NCBI GenBank assembly: GCA_000934665.2 | Contig: JYFJ02000454.1 | Coordinates: 62,001-126,000, forward strand | Reading direction: 5' to 3' | Origin: Catajapyx aquilonaris | Lineage: Eukaryota | Length of the DNA stretch: 64,000 bases | Shown: positions 26,648 through 39,400 of the stretch, one piece after another | Position numbering within the stretch: position 1 is the first letter of the stretch | Layout of the letters: the number at the start of each line of letters is the position of its first letter | Notes under the pieces: generated by a model | The model's database searches: none | What the model saw: only the letters and a program-made list of their open reading frames with translations | What the model was told of the DNA's origin: nothing | Made by a program: the position numbers and the translations under genes

Positions 26648-28733
26648 TACACCAGAAGACCAGCACTGTTCGTGAATCAATGGGAAAAGCCTCCCATTTG
26701 CAGTTATTTCCCTGGAGATCGCAATCATTACCAAAAGTGAGCAGGAGATGAGCTCGACAATGCCAAGGAAACACCCAACACAACAAAGGTCCTCAGGGCA
26801 CGCGAAGAATAGCAATGTCCACGGCCGCATCGCTAACGGTCAACTTAACCATACACCCCCCCACCCCCCTTTCTCTCTATATACACTGCAAGCGACCATA
26901 TCTGAACCAGAGGCGAAGCCCTGATTACGCAGAAAGGCACTTTTGTAAACGAGAATTCCCTCGACGGGAGTTTCGTGACAATTAGTAGGCCTACATTGTA
27001 GAAAACTGTCATTGCGCTTGACACTCGCAGATAAAGAACTGGAGTGAGAGAGAGGCAGGCGCTGGAGTAATCTAATCCCCCTTTGCATGTGAGGAGCCTA
27101 ATGTACCACATTATGTGCCATGTATCCCTATGTGTAATCGCTGTTGCTGCTGGAGGGTTGCCCCGGGTACAGGCCGTCGCAAAATGACTCTACTCAATCA
27201 CTCTGCACACATCAGTTGGAGGGGGGAAGGGATTAGTCACTCGTGATCAGCTCTGGGATTAAATAGCACGAACAGATATGTTGGAGGTTTGGACTTGAAT
27301 TGGGTGCGAAACCTACAAAGTCCGCATGTGCAGTGACACAAAAATGGGCATTAATTGATATCACCGGACAATATCATACATATTTTTAAACGCCTTCGTC
27401 ATGTCGTGCCGCTCGATTTCGTAAGAAAGCAGCGTGCGCCAGCTACTGGTTTTCTTTCCAAAGCTGTGTCAGTCGAACACTGATGAATACAATTCATATT
27501 TCTATTTTTATATGAGGAGTTCATACCCATTTTTGATGACTACCTTTTTTAAATATCGTAATGGGGAATACCCGCGGTGCACCAGTGTTTCGAGGTACGC
27601 TTACCCTTCCACACTGGGCTGCCCCAGAAAGGACAAACGAAGATTGAACGGAAATTTGGCTTTCTGTCTCTCTTACAATCAAGCATCATGCAAGCCTCAA
27701 TTGCTCATGCTGTCCGATGAAAAAGCACGCGAATCGGCATGCCCACTGCGAAAATTACTGCGGCTTGGAAATAAGGCCAGAGGTGACTGTCTTACCCTTT
27801 GTGCGCATTCAATATTGATTCCCCACTTTACGTCTCATCAAATCAAAGGAATTCCTACGCATATTTTTTTTGGGGTGGCCATCCGGATTACTCACGCATA
27901 GCACGTACGCGTGGCTAGAAGTGATACGAACAGGCTTATATCCAAAGCTAATTTTGTAGACTAATACCGAATTTACGACAGAGCTGTAATGAATTTTAAC
28001 ATTTACAGCAGGAATCAAGCCGTAACAAAAAGTGTGAATTTTCGGTATGGAATTTAGGTAATAAACCTAACGGCTCTAATGGCACTGTCACGTATTAGTT
28101 GATTGTATAGTGCAAGGTGATGTGGAATGTCGCCGTTTTTGACTGACTGCGATTCTGACTCATTGTTTTCGCTACATGTTGCTCCTGAGGGTCCAGAACT
28201 AGAACACGTTCTGATATTTCCTAACTGTTACCGAGCACTGAAAACAATAAGGCATTGGAAGCCACCTTGACCGTTACTGGAAGAGAGGTCTCTGCATGGA
28301 AACTGTCTGCATGCACGGAGCTAAACCGCAACCGGAATTTCTGATCGAGATCCAAGAATAGTGCGGAACAATCGCAAGACTATGGAAATGGTGTCAGTCG
28401 TCCCGGTTCAACTCCTTTCGACCTTCTACCTTCACATTTTCCCGTAAGAAGAATTATACACGAACATATATGCTGAAGTACCAGTGTTTCTTCAAAAAAT
28501 AATATAAATATAAATAATCTTTAAGTGAGATGCCAAGTCATTCTGAGATACCAACGCACCGCCCCAGGGAATTACAATAAAATACAGATATTTCACATCT
28601 ACCTGCCAGATATCGCATTATAAAGTGTGACAGCACCATGACTTTTTTTTATATTTCATCTCCCCCACCCTGTGTCCCCCCGTGGACCCCGATTCTTGCC
28701 TACTCACCGCACCACTAAAAGAAGGATGGGTCG

Positions 28734-28769
28734 AAAGGTGGACCCAAAGGTCCACCCAAAGGTCCACCC
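28734..28769. repeat. 12-bp tandem repeat x3 (AAAGGTSSACCC)
   Basis: Units read aaaggtggaccc aaaggtccaccc aaaggtccaccc. Units 1 and 2 also form a ggtggacc/ggtccacc 8-bp stem. Confidence 0.85.
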
Positions 28770-29153
28770 TTGGATGCAAACAATGGAGTGATCCGAATCA
28801 GGTTTTTACGACCTTCCCGCGCCTTTTGGTTTCAAAGGGAGGGAGCTCGATACCCATCACAAAAACCGCCAATCACCGTAATTAAAGAAGCATAAACAAC
28901 CAATAATTACATGCAAGGAAATCACGTGGTAACTTACTCGGCACTAATAAAAATGTTCACATATATATACAACGGAGATACAATATAAGAAGAAGAAAAA
29001 AGGAGCGCGATGGAGGCGGTCTATTCGCATTATTTTCATCCCCTATACTCCAGGCTATACTTAATCCTAAAAAAGCGCTCATTATCTCTCCTAAAACGGA
29101 GGTAGGTGTGTTTCCGTCATTACCTCCTAATTAATATCGGAACCTGGCCCATA

Positions 29154-29350
29154 CAGGGTGGTGCACAAGTCCAGACCATTCAACTAACGATATTTTGTCA
29201 AGTAGAATTGCACAATTTGATCATGAAAAAGTTATAAGGTAATATACGAATACGATTACTTACGGGATTATTTGCTAATTTAAACTTACGTGCGATTGTT
29301 GCTTACTTGGAACTTTCTTGACCAGTGTCTTTGGGCAGTGTATCACCCTG
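29154..29350. mobile_element. Putative Tc1/mariner-type MITE, 197 bp
   Basis: TA|CAGGGTGGTGCAC ... GTGTATCACCCTG|TG; the inverted repeat matches at 12/14. Confidence 0.45.
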
Positions 29351-32300
29351 TGGATAACCCTCCCACACACACTGTTCCGTGAGAGCAGGCCGTTTCATAT
29401 TCAACCGTCACTATGTAATTCCTGTTCAGACTAGGCGACTGTAATTTAAAATAGTTGGAAGCGGACATTATGTTCCACGTGGATACGCCGCAACCATGGG
29501 GCCCAGATGGGAAGTCATTAACTTTTTATTCCCTCACCCAGCTCCCAACATCCTCTACGCATCTTTATTAATAATCTGGCAAAGATATGAATAATGTAAG
29601 CGATAACCGTCATTAGGCAGGTGAAAGAGGACTCGGGTAAAAAACGACGGGGGATGAAGATGAGCCTTGTATTCCTCCACCTACCGCACACTGTGGGGTC
29701 GGTACCGACTTGTTTGAATTCTGGAAGCCACCTTCCAGGCATCTCAACACAGTTCACTAGACTGGAGGACCCCTCTACCACACCACCCACTGTTCCCCCC
29801 CCCCCCCCCAACCCGTCAGCTGGCAATACTCATTAACTCCCAGGGCCTCTGGACCATCGTCCCCTAATAGTGTTTTTATGGAACAACCACCTGCCATATA
29901 CTGGCCCATTAGCAATGTCTTTTGGGATCATTACCAGGAAGCTTCGCACCATTAACCTCCAGCCAGGCTCAGGTCACATCTGGAGATTTGTGGGGGGAAA
30001 TACGATTGTTTGGAAACAAACATTTATCTAGGGTGGTGTCAAAATTGCTGACTTCTTGATTTCCATTGTCACACTCTGTAGTGCTGATCGAGCACCTGGT
30101 TCAATAGGGTCTGTCTCTCCAAATGTTCATTGTCGTTAGTGTTCTTCTGGGCAGGAGAAATCATACAATGTCGTCTGGCTTCTCCATATTTTCATGAAAA
30201 ATGTAAGACTAAAACTGTTGTTTATAAGCATGCGAGACACCCCTGCTTATAGATGTCTTCATTTGCCCCTCGCATATATGGCCCTAAGGCGACACAAGTC
30301 AGTAGCACAGGTATGACACGCAATCAACCCTCAACTTTAATGCTCGTTTTGGTGTTGGCTAACACTCACCCTCCTGAAGCTTTCCACACCATAATCGAGT
30401 TGTCAAGTGGCTTTCAAGTTGGTTCCCCGTCACTCACAGAGGACTTACCTTACACACCCCTCAGAAAACCCACCTCCTCAATTCCTACTGTTCAAACCTA
30501 ATTAATTAACACACCTCATTTGGCAAAGTTTCCCCCACCTTTATACAAAACGACTAGCACCGTGCAGTATTAACAAGACTCACCCCTTAGGGCATCTAAT
30601 AAGAGGTGGGTTCTCCAACTCCTGGGTGGGCCTCAAAGGGTTGGGTCAGCTGCACATAAAAGATTGGAAGGTGGTGGTGGGGGCCCATGGGGAGGGAGAT
30701 GACGACTAAACATGGGTAGAATCCACCTTCTTCTTCTGTAAGATGGTTTGGGAAGCCTGGCCTCTGCCCATCGTGATGTCATGAATCATTGAACTGGAGG
30801 AACCGGGGCCTCATTAAATGGCTGAGTTATGACCGGCGGGTATCCGGCAGCTCGGGCTAGGCCTGACCGCCATCTTGACCGCAAATGTGCCCACGTGTGA
30901 TGTGGAGGCCCCTCCGACCGCCGAGTTGGGGAATTTTGCAGACTCAAATCCGCAAAATTGTGCTCCCCCAGTGCTAATCTGTGGGTTCTGCGGAGCCGAC
31001 TTCCTTTCATTCCACGCGCTCAATGGGGCCTGAGAGAAGTTCTTTGTGTGCTAGGCCTAGCTCGGTCCGCCATGACAGTGATGCGCGGTTGCGGAAGCTG
31101 ATGTTGGCCCCTAGACTATTTCTGGTGGGTTATTCATGCCTGTGACTGAAAGGCTTCCGTCAAGAGTGGCACGACGCGTCCTCATATGACCATCGCGCCA
31201 GGGCATTCCTAATTTAAGCTTTTCCAGAATAATTAGAGCTGGCTGGATGTGCACATTGTCGTAATTAGCTTTGTATGTACTGTACGTTATGACTATCTCT
31301 AGAGAAACTTGATAATCTTCAGATGAATTGTGCCATATAATCAACGAGTATATTCTTGGCGACAGTCGTGACTTAATTCGCTGAAGACACCTTTTTGTCG
31401 CACCATCGCAGCAACCTCAATGCAGGAGCAATTACCAGCCGGAATGAGAGGATGTAAAAACTACCATTCATATTAATGAGCAGATGAGTAGGCGCCACTA
31501 TATCTCTGATTTCCTCCCTTTCTTTTGTGGGGTCCGGACACAACAGGATGATGGGGGGGCCTCTCGTCATTAGTCGTACTTTCATAGTGTTTCGCTGCAA
31601 AAGCCCCTCGCTTCATGAAGTCATAATCTGTTCTCATTACGGTTGTCAAGTCCTACTTTCGGATGCTCCAAATGGAAAAATCATGCCAGTTATTAGCTCC
31701 AAATCGTGCAGCCTCATTTGCCAGGTATTATATTCATGCGGTGGGCATAATTTTCTTGGGCCCAACCTTGATTTTATTACTGGGCTGCCGTGATAGGTCA
31801 CTGAATAAGCGATTGTTATTGCATTTCGCTTGTTATTCTAACGAGTACAAGACACGTGCATTACGTTCCATAAATACTCTTGCGTTTCACTGACCATAAC
31901 GACCGTATAAATCGTATTTAGACCCGCCTGTTAGCGAGACTTTTGGGAATTCGTATGAGCTCGATTCAATAATTAACGCCTATTATGTGGGGGATACTTT
32001 GGCCACAGCAGTTGTGAACCATGCATTTTTATAATTTGCAGAAATGCGAAGAGTGTGTTTCAGCTTGAAATATTGGGTAATGGTGTGAGCGAGTGTTTCC
32101 ACAAATTCGGTTTTTGCTAAATTCTGAAACACACTGCAGTTTTCATTCCAGACAGCTTCAAATCCGGGGGAAGTGCTATCTTGGTAATACTGACGCCATC
32201 GAGCCACAATCCGAAGAGACGTCAACGCCTTTTCCGCCAGAATCGTAACTTTTGTCAGTTGGACGACACCCTCTGGACATGTCAGCAAATTAAATGGCAC

Positions 32301-32639
32301 CACAGCAGATAAGGTCCACTCTGGCTGATGTGCCAACTGGCCACTTATCGATTGACGAGGTCACAACTCCTGCATGCTTCACACCATAATTCGGCCTGTA
32401 TAGCTCACCGGTAGGTATATGGCCCGACCCCCCACGGTACGGTCAGTAGCTTGGGTCAGCAGCAGGAGGGCAAACGCACGGGGACATCCCGCGGGAGGTC
32501 CTGCAAAGGGCCAATAACCATAAAATCCATCTGACCCCTTCGAGGCACCGGCTTCTGGGCGTGTACAGTACAAGAAGCAGTCGAAACAATTAGCAAGGAC
32601 ACTGGGGTCAAAAAGCGGCGTTTTCCCCCCAAATTCCAC

Positions 32640-32671
32640 AATGGGCCAGGAAGCCAGGATTTTCTGTCTTC
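32640..32671 (-). repeat. Interspersed repeat core, copy C
   Basis: aatgggccaggaagccaggattttctgtcttc is the reverse complement of the copy B core with 2 mismatches. Confidence 0.8.
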
Positions 32672-32822
32672 CGCTATGCTGCAGGGTAAATTTTTATCGC
32701 GCGGCTTTAGTGGCAGCGTACCAGTGTTGATGTTGACAGGGGGCTCCGGACAATTATTTCCAAAGCCCCGTTGGCACTAAAATAACACCAATTACATGGC
32801 ACATTCCCACTGCAGCCATTGC

Positions 32823-32868
32823 CATTGCCATGACAACTCCCACCTTTTCATTACCATGGCAACTCCCA
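32823..32868. repeat. 20-bp direct repeat (period 26), each copy resembling an RFX X-box
   Basis: cattgccatgacaactccca vs cattaccatggcaactccca, 18/20. A degenerate third copy lies at ~32789-32809. Confidence 0.7.
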
Positions 32869-34325
32869 GACGAATTGTCCTTCGCCAGCTGGAGAAACTT
32901 TTCCAGCTGGCAGTAGTAACCCAGGGGAAAATTTACAACCATGTGGCACTTTTAGCACAGGCTGTACTGAAACCCGCTCTGGGGGTTACAAAAGGAGAAG
33001 GATAATCTGAAGCTGTCACCGATTCCTTCCGTAGCCGGCACCCAATTGCCTAACGGACCCTCACAGCAGGGGTTTTTATGACCCTGTCACCAGAGAGGGC
33101 TACCGTCACCCTACAAATTCCTAGCTTCTCACACAAACTGTCGAACAAAAATACGGGAGCAAGAGGGGACCCCCAACCGGCTAATAGCTATTTTCCGGGC
33201 AATAAACTAATTCTACTTTTTTTCTTTTGTCCGGATTGGATCTATGGAGTCACCGGAGGTGGTCACTTGTGAGACCCTGGGCCATCTTTGCCTTTAACAG
33301 CCGGATGCTCACTTCGCGGGTACAGGGGGGTGCAATATATTTCCCCCCAACCTGCCGGGGAATTGTTTACGAGCGGACCTTGAAAATTGTTGGAGGGACG
33401 TTTTGGCAAAGACACGGGCCATTATGTGCCTATGAGCTTCATTACAACCGCCGCGTGGGTGGAGATCCACTCATAAAGAACCCCTCGGAAAGGGCCAGGC
33501 GTTTATATTCCCCCATGTCATAGGGATGAATAGGTGGGTCTTAAATCAAAGCCCGGGCTACGGCCGCTATATTGGGCCAAAATCCACCTCGGGACAAAAG
33601 ACAGTGGATAAAGTGAGTGGGGCTGAATAATGAGCTGGCAAGTTGATAACAAGTGGCCAGGATAACTCCAGAGAGAGGGTTAAGAACTGAACCCCCTCCC
33701 CTTCTTTTGCATTATTCGACTGTGGGTGTAACGTGTATAGGGCGAGAGATATACCATGAAAAGGTCGTCCACATACTCGTGTTATAGCTTATCAATGCCG
33801 ATTGGGTCAATCAACGAACGAATTCGGGATCTTATCTGCACTCGTAAAAGAGTGACCTAACAACTGTAGCTATTAAAGGTTGTTATTTAAAGCGCTTGTC
33901 CTATCGCACTCTCTAAATCAGACTACGTGTGTAAACCATCTCAATCAAATGTTTTCCACAGTCGTTGAAACATTGCATAGAAACCGGAGGCACTAAATAA
34001 GCCCACTTGTACGAAGTGTTGATAAGACAGCCTTTCCATTTATGGCTTTTCCATAGAATGTGTCATACCGTTTTCTTAACGACTTTTTGATAACTCAGAA
34101 AACATGTATACAGCCCAGTTCTCCTTCCACGTTGCCAACTTGTAAACTTCGAAGGTGAGAAGGGAGAGGAGATCGGCCGCGAGATTTGACACCGATCAGA
34201 TCAGATCAGATATGTAAGTTATATCTTATCGCACAATACACCCATTCCAAGCGAACATACTCTTTCACTAAGCGACTCTGCATGTAGTAGTCACATTCTA
34301 TCATATGCACAGTTACCTGTACATT

Positions 34326-34400
34326 GATCCCACCCGATCCCACCCGATCCATCCTGAACTCACCCGAACTCACCCGAGCCCACCCGAACTCACTCGACTC
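34326..34400. repeat. 10-bp minisatellite (CACCCGAACT/CACCCGATCC), ~7.5 units
   Basis: Units read cacccgatcc cacccgatcc atcctgaact cacccgaact cacccgagcc cacccgaact cactcgactc. Confidence 0.9.
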
Positions 34401-36149
34401 CTTCCAAACCTCCCCGGACGTCCCCCTAATTGAAACTTCCCGAATCCGGATTGTGCCATCAGAATACGGATTCTCCAGAGACACCGCCCCAGGAAGCAGG
34501 CACAGGAGGGGAGTAGTGCGGTTTGAGTGATGGCGGCAAACGCCTCTTTCCCCTGCCGTACCCTCCAGCCAGCCTGTCCCAACCCGTATTTGGACAGCCG
34601 GAAAGCAAAGCAAACGCGCCCCGGACGATTAATCAGGCTTAGAAGGAAACCCGGCTCACTAGTTAGCAAAAAGAAGTAGGATCTTTACCAGCCTACACGA
34701 TGTCTCAGAAAAAAAAACTGGACATAAAAATGGGCGGGTGTCCCCTCCTTTTCACTCAGGCCCAACTCTCAATCCTTCAACAGCTCCCGAGTCCTGCCCC
34801 GATTCATTACGCCATTCCTAGTTTCCATGGACATTTTTCTCGGCAGTTGAAAAATGTCTACGACAGTTGAAAAAAAAGAGGGGCGCCCGCCATTGTTTGA
34901 GAGCATGAGGACGGAACATGGCGGGTCAGCCTGCCACAATTATCCTTCATCATTCCTGGGGAGGGTTACACTCTGGGGGGAAAAAATGGGTGTTGTTTGA
35001 GGATGCATGTCCAGTTCGTGCTGAGATGTTGACGAATGTACGGCAGGAAGTACGGTCCGGAGTAATCGAATTCACAATGTACTTCATACTGTACCTAGTC
35101 TCTCTCTATTTCCACAACAAGCTGAGCACAAACACACGTGATAAATGTTTCGCACGTTTAAAAGCAACAATACTTTCACGCTCAACTACATCATTAACGA
35201 AATCCATAGTCCGAGAGCAAACACAACACGGCGTGTGATTAGTGCTGGGTGACGTTGCAGGTCATTACAGAGGGAGGGAGGGGGGGGGAGGCAAACAAAC
35301 ACACAAACAAATGCTCTTAATAAGCAAACATTCCGGCATTGTGCCCTGATTAATGCGGTATTTTCCATAGTTTCAGTAGTGAAGAGATCCCCGAGGGCTT
35401 TGCCCGGATTTCACATCGGGTGAACAATACTGTGCCCGGATAAAAAGAGGAGGGGGGAGGGGAGGGGATGAGCTTGATCAATAGGTGATCGATAGTTTAT
35501 TCTTTCAATTCATGACTTTGATTCCATAAAGCAAAGCGGGCTTAAGTTACAGAGACCAGCGCCATCATTCTTGTTTTTTATTGCTCCCAAAGAAACTACT
35601 CGAGGGGATTCTTCCCGCTGATTTATATTAAGCCATTCGATTTATTTTTATTGTTTCGAAAGGAAATCGTACCCCTTTGTTTTTACGGCCATCTCGGATG
35701 ACTAAATTGGGTTCCTCCACAAATCTCAGCCTCCCACGTAACTCCCATAGAACCCCCTGCGATCTATTTAACATTCCTCCCCCAGCTTATTCATGAATTA
35801 CTCTCCCTCCAAAGATGATGAAAACAGCTGGCTCTGGTCTCCGTCACGTATAGCAGGGTAGCAGCTAGAAAATATAAATGTGGCCGAGTGGACAGTTGCC
35901 AGCCACGAATATTAATCCCGGAGTAAAACATGATTTCTGTCCGCCTAAAAGACAGAGGCATATGTAATGCGGGGTAATAATGTAGATAGTGCGAGTCCTC
36001 CGCAACAAGGACCGGCCTTGTTGGAACCGCACGCAAGCACCACAGGGGTTTTTACAGGGATGAGAGAGGGTTGCCGGCCTCTTCAGGGGTAACACGTCCC
36101 TTCAGGCACCATAATTCATATCATTAATTGTGTCATTAAAAATCCGGAA

Positions 36150-36405
36150 TCACACTATACAAGTCCGATTGAAACGTACACTCGGTTGAAATTATCAGGA
36201 AGAATATTTACTTTACGTCACACTAAGGGTCTAATAATTGATTGAAATGGTTATTTATTAAATTGTTAAAATTTATGGGTGTTGAAACGTTTGGAATGAT
36301 CTGGAAGAATATTAAAATTAAAATTAAATTGGGTGACGTCACACTAGTGGTCCGATTGATTGCGATTATCATTTTTTATTTATTTTAAAATATTTTTGGG
36401 CGTTC
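36150..36405. repeat. Degenerate tandem repeat, ~65-120 bp spacing, about 2.5 copies
   Basis: TCACACTA...ATTGA blocks at 36150, 36218 and 36339; GGAAGAATATT at 36198 and 36303. Confidence 0.65.
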
Positions 36406-39400
36406 GGCATAGGTGTTAGGGACTACATACATGTTTAATCGTGAGTTGCAGAGCCCACAAGTTTCAACATAACAACCCCCGAGAGACCTAGGCTCTGGGT
36501 AAAGATTTATCGATTCGAAGACGGCTACGACAGTTGGGCCTTATTGGTTTCTGGAAGAAAGTTGGTGCAAAACCCTTACTTCCTTCTCCTGGCATTTCTT
36601 TTTTTCTTTCTCCTCCACTTCCCACCGGCTCCTTCCCCCACCCTCCCCATTGCTCCTGCAGCCACGATTTGAAACAAGCCTAACCAGACGGAAATTCTTA
36701 ATTACCGACTTGTGGCGGAAAGACATGTAGTGAAGAAGCAAGTGAGGCCAGGGAGATATTTTAGGCAGCATCTTCTCGTGGTTCTTGCTATAGTGTTAAT
36801 TTCTGAGCGTAATCAGCTCTGTTTCAGAATTGAGTTCCTGAGTTAAGTCACTTGCTAGGTTGTTTGATAACCAAGAGTTTTGCGTCGGATATTGATGTGG
36901 TCCAGATGCTGATAGACAGGAAATATTTTAAAAATTAGCTCACTTATCAGCATCAAAAAATATTGAAGGTAGATGTTAATTTCAATCGACATTTAAAATA
37001 CATTGTAATAATTTGTTTAGAGGGCAAACAATTGCAATATTTGAAACATCTATTAATATAAAGAATATATGATTATCAAAGTTAAATTTATAAATTTGGC
37101 TGATGTATATGAATACAAATTGAGCAAAAAATCTAAAATGTGATTTGAAAATATTAATTTTAAATAAAATTTACAAATTGGCACATCAAGTCACATTCAT
37201 TGCTCTAATTGCTAACTAATATTAATGACATTTCATGCCCTGGAGATATTCAAACCACAACCTGTCTGTAATACGCTGTATTCAGTGTAACCGTGTTAAT
37301 GACAAAACTTTTGATTGATCCAGGCGCAGGTTTTTTAAATGTTTATGGTGTTGATTGCACCTGTTCGTTTTTTTAAAGATGTAATTTGTCTAACAGTGCA
37401 ACTTCACTCTAACTATAATTTTAGGTTCATACTCCTCCCTTTTAAGCAAGCAACCCGACATACGAAGGAGTCTAACATTTTGCATAGATGCTCAAGAATC
37501 AACTTGAAATCGTTCACGGTCATTCGCCTTTCATTTAGGAATTCAAGGCTGCTTTCAAGTGTAAGACAGGGGTTGTAATTTTGCTCAGAGTATTTCTAAA
37601 GGAGGTAAAAAGAACAATGACTGGGCGAATTATAGTGAGTTATGGCCAGGCGTGAGGCAGCTCTAAGTCCGTGAATTAGGCGGGAAAAAAAGGTTGGGAG
37701 AGAAGGGAGGAGGCCTTGACAAGCGGACTATTGTAAAGCCAAAAAATCACTCTTCACACTTTTCGAAAAGAGAATTTCCCATTAGGCCCCGATATAAATA
37801 CCGACTTTGGCGATTTTTCAAGCTTAGTCGGCCACCCCATCTTCGTGGAGGTCTCCCCCATCGACAGAAATTGCAGTAATTTAACCCCCCCTCCCTCTAC
37901 CCTCTCCTCCACCAACCTCTTTTTACCACCGAAGAGGTCCTGCTGCCTTTCAAGCTTTTCATATAATAACCATCCGGATTTCCCCACATCCCTTTTATGT
38001 CAGCCATTCTTCTTTCTTCCAGCTGGCCATTTTGGGCCAACTTGGCAAAAATCTCCTTCCCCAAATCTTCCCCTTCGAGAAACATTGACTTTTCGTCAGA
38101 TACGTAATCGACGTGCCTTTTCCTCGCCTTTCTGATCGTCGGAAGTGCCAGGTTCCCTTTAGAGTGCCACACAAAATGGAGGATTCTACCTCTTATCCGA
38201 CCTGGAGGAAGGAAAAAAAAAGTTCAGAGTGCAGGATTTTTTTTTTTTTTTTTTTTGGAGAGAGGATTCTTTTCCCCACTTTGAAGGAGTAAAAGTTGCA
38301 AGTGCGGTGAATTTTTTTGCAGAAAACTTTTGCTGGAGTGGTAATTTGAAGTTAATCCACACTTTGTTTGTTCTTGGTTGATGTGGAGAAGATTATTTTT
38401 TGCATTACGAATACAGGTCTACATATGTGGGACTGTGCTGGAGGACTTGAGTGACCTTTCTAATAACTCCCCTGCATCCTGCTGTCTTAAAATAGCGTGC
38501 TTTAATTATGCTTACTTCATCCAAGCTTATAAGCTACTGTACAGTACGCAGAATTGTGCAGTAAAACGCAAGTGCTCAGTAAAAACGCAATTAAACTTGA
38601 CTACTAAAGCAAAACCTGAACTGTATGGGCAGCAAGTGATGCATATATGACTTCCCAATTAATTTTTGCACATCATAATACGTTTATATAAATATGCATG
38701 TAAGTACAAAATAAATAAATAAAAATCAAGAATAAAATATCTGAAATTATCATCTTTCCCAGTATTAGGGATACCATAGTTGTTTAAAAAAATATATAAC
38801 TCGTAAAATAGTGAAATATAAAATTATACTACAAGATTAGTGGCTTTATTATGATGTGAATATAATTTTTTAAATACTATTATATTTTTTGTAGATTGCA
38901 TATTTTGCTGCCGCCCCTATAAGGTCATACAGCTAATCCCATGCAAAATATTGTCGCTACTGGGCTGCATAATATGCTCCTTTACATACACAACACCTTC
39001 ACCGTACGAAATTCCGGGCTCTAATAATGTAACTATGCCACTAAATAACAATTCCAACCTCTACATAATGAATTCCCATCTTCTCAAAACAAAATTCCAA
39101 CTCTTGACGAAAACACGTCCAGTGGAGCATGTGCAGCCTGAATATGCAAATACACTATATTTATGCCGGAAATGACCAACATTCACATATGAGTCAGCTT
39201 GCCGATGTGACCCACTACACATTAATATTTTTTCCTGGAATAACAATTTTAAAATGGCAAAATCTCCGCGGTTTTAATAGCATGCAAACCGGGGTTGAAT
39301 CATGCGAAATGGACCAACGTGGGTGGCACTTTCCCCTCATTCGGAGCCAAAAAGGTGGCACAAAAACAGAAATATAAATTTCCATTCCTGATGCCCAAGG

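Noticed and set aside
31111..32336. Cluster of protein-like minus-strand ORFs
   Set aside because: They lie in different frames separated by stops, with no recognisable family and no clear splice sites.
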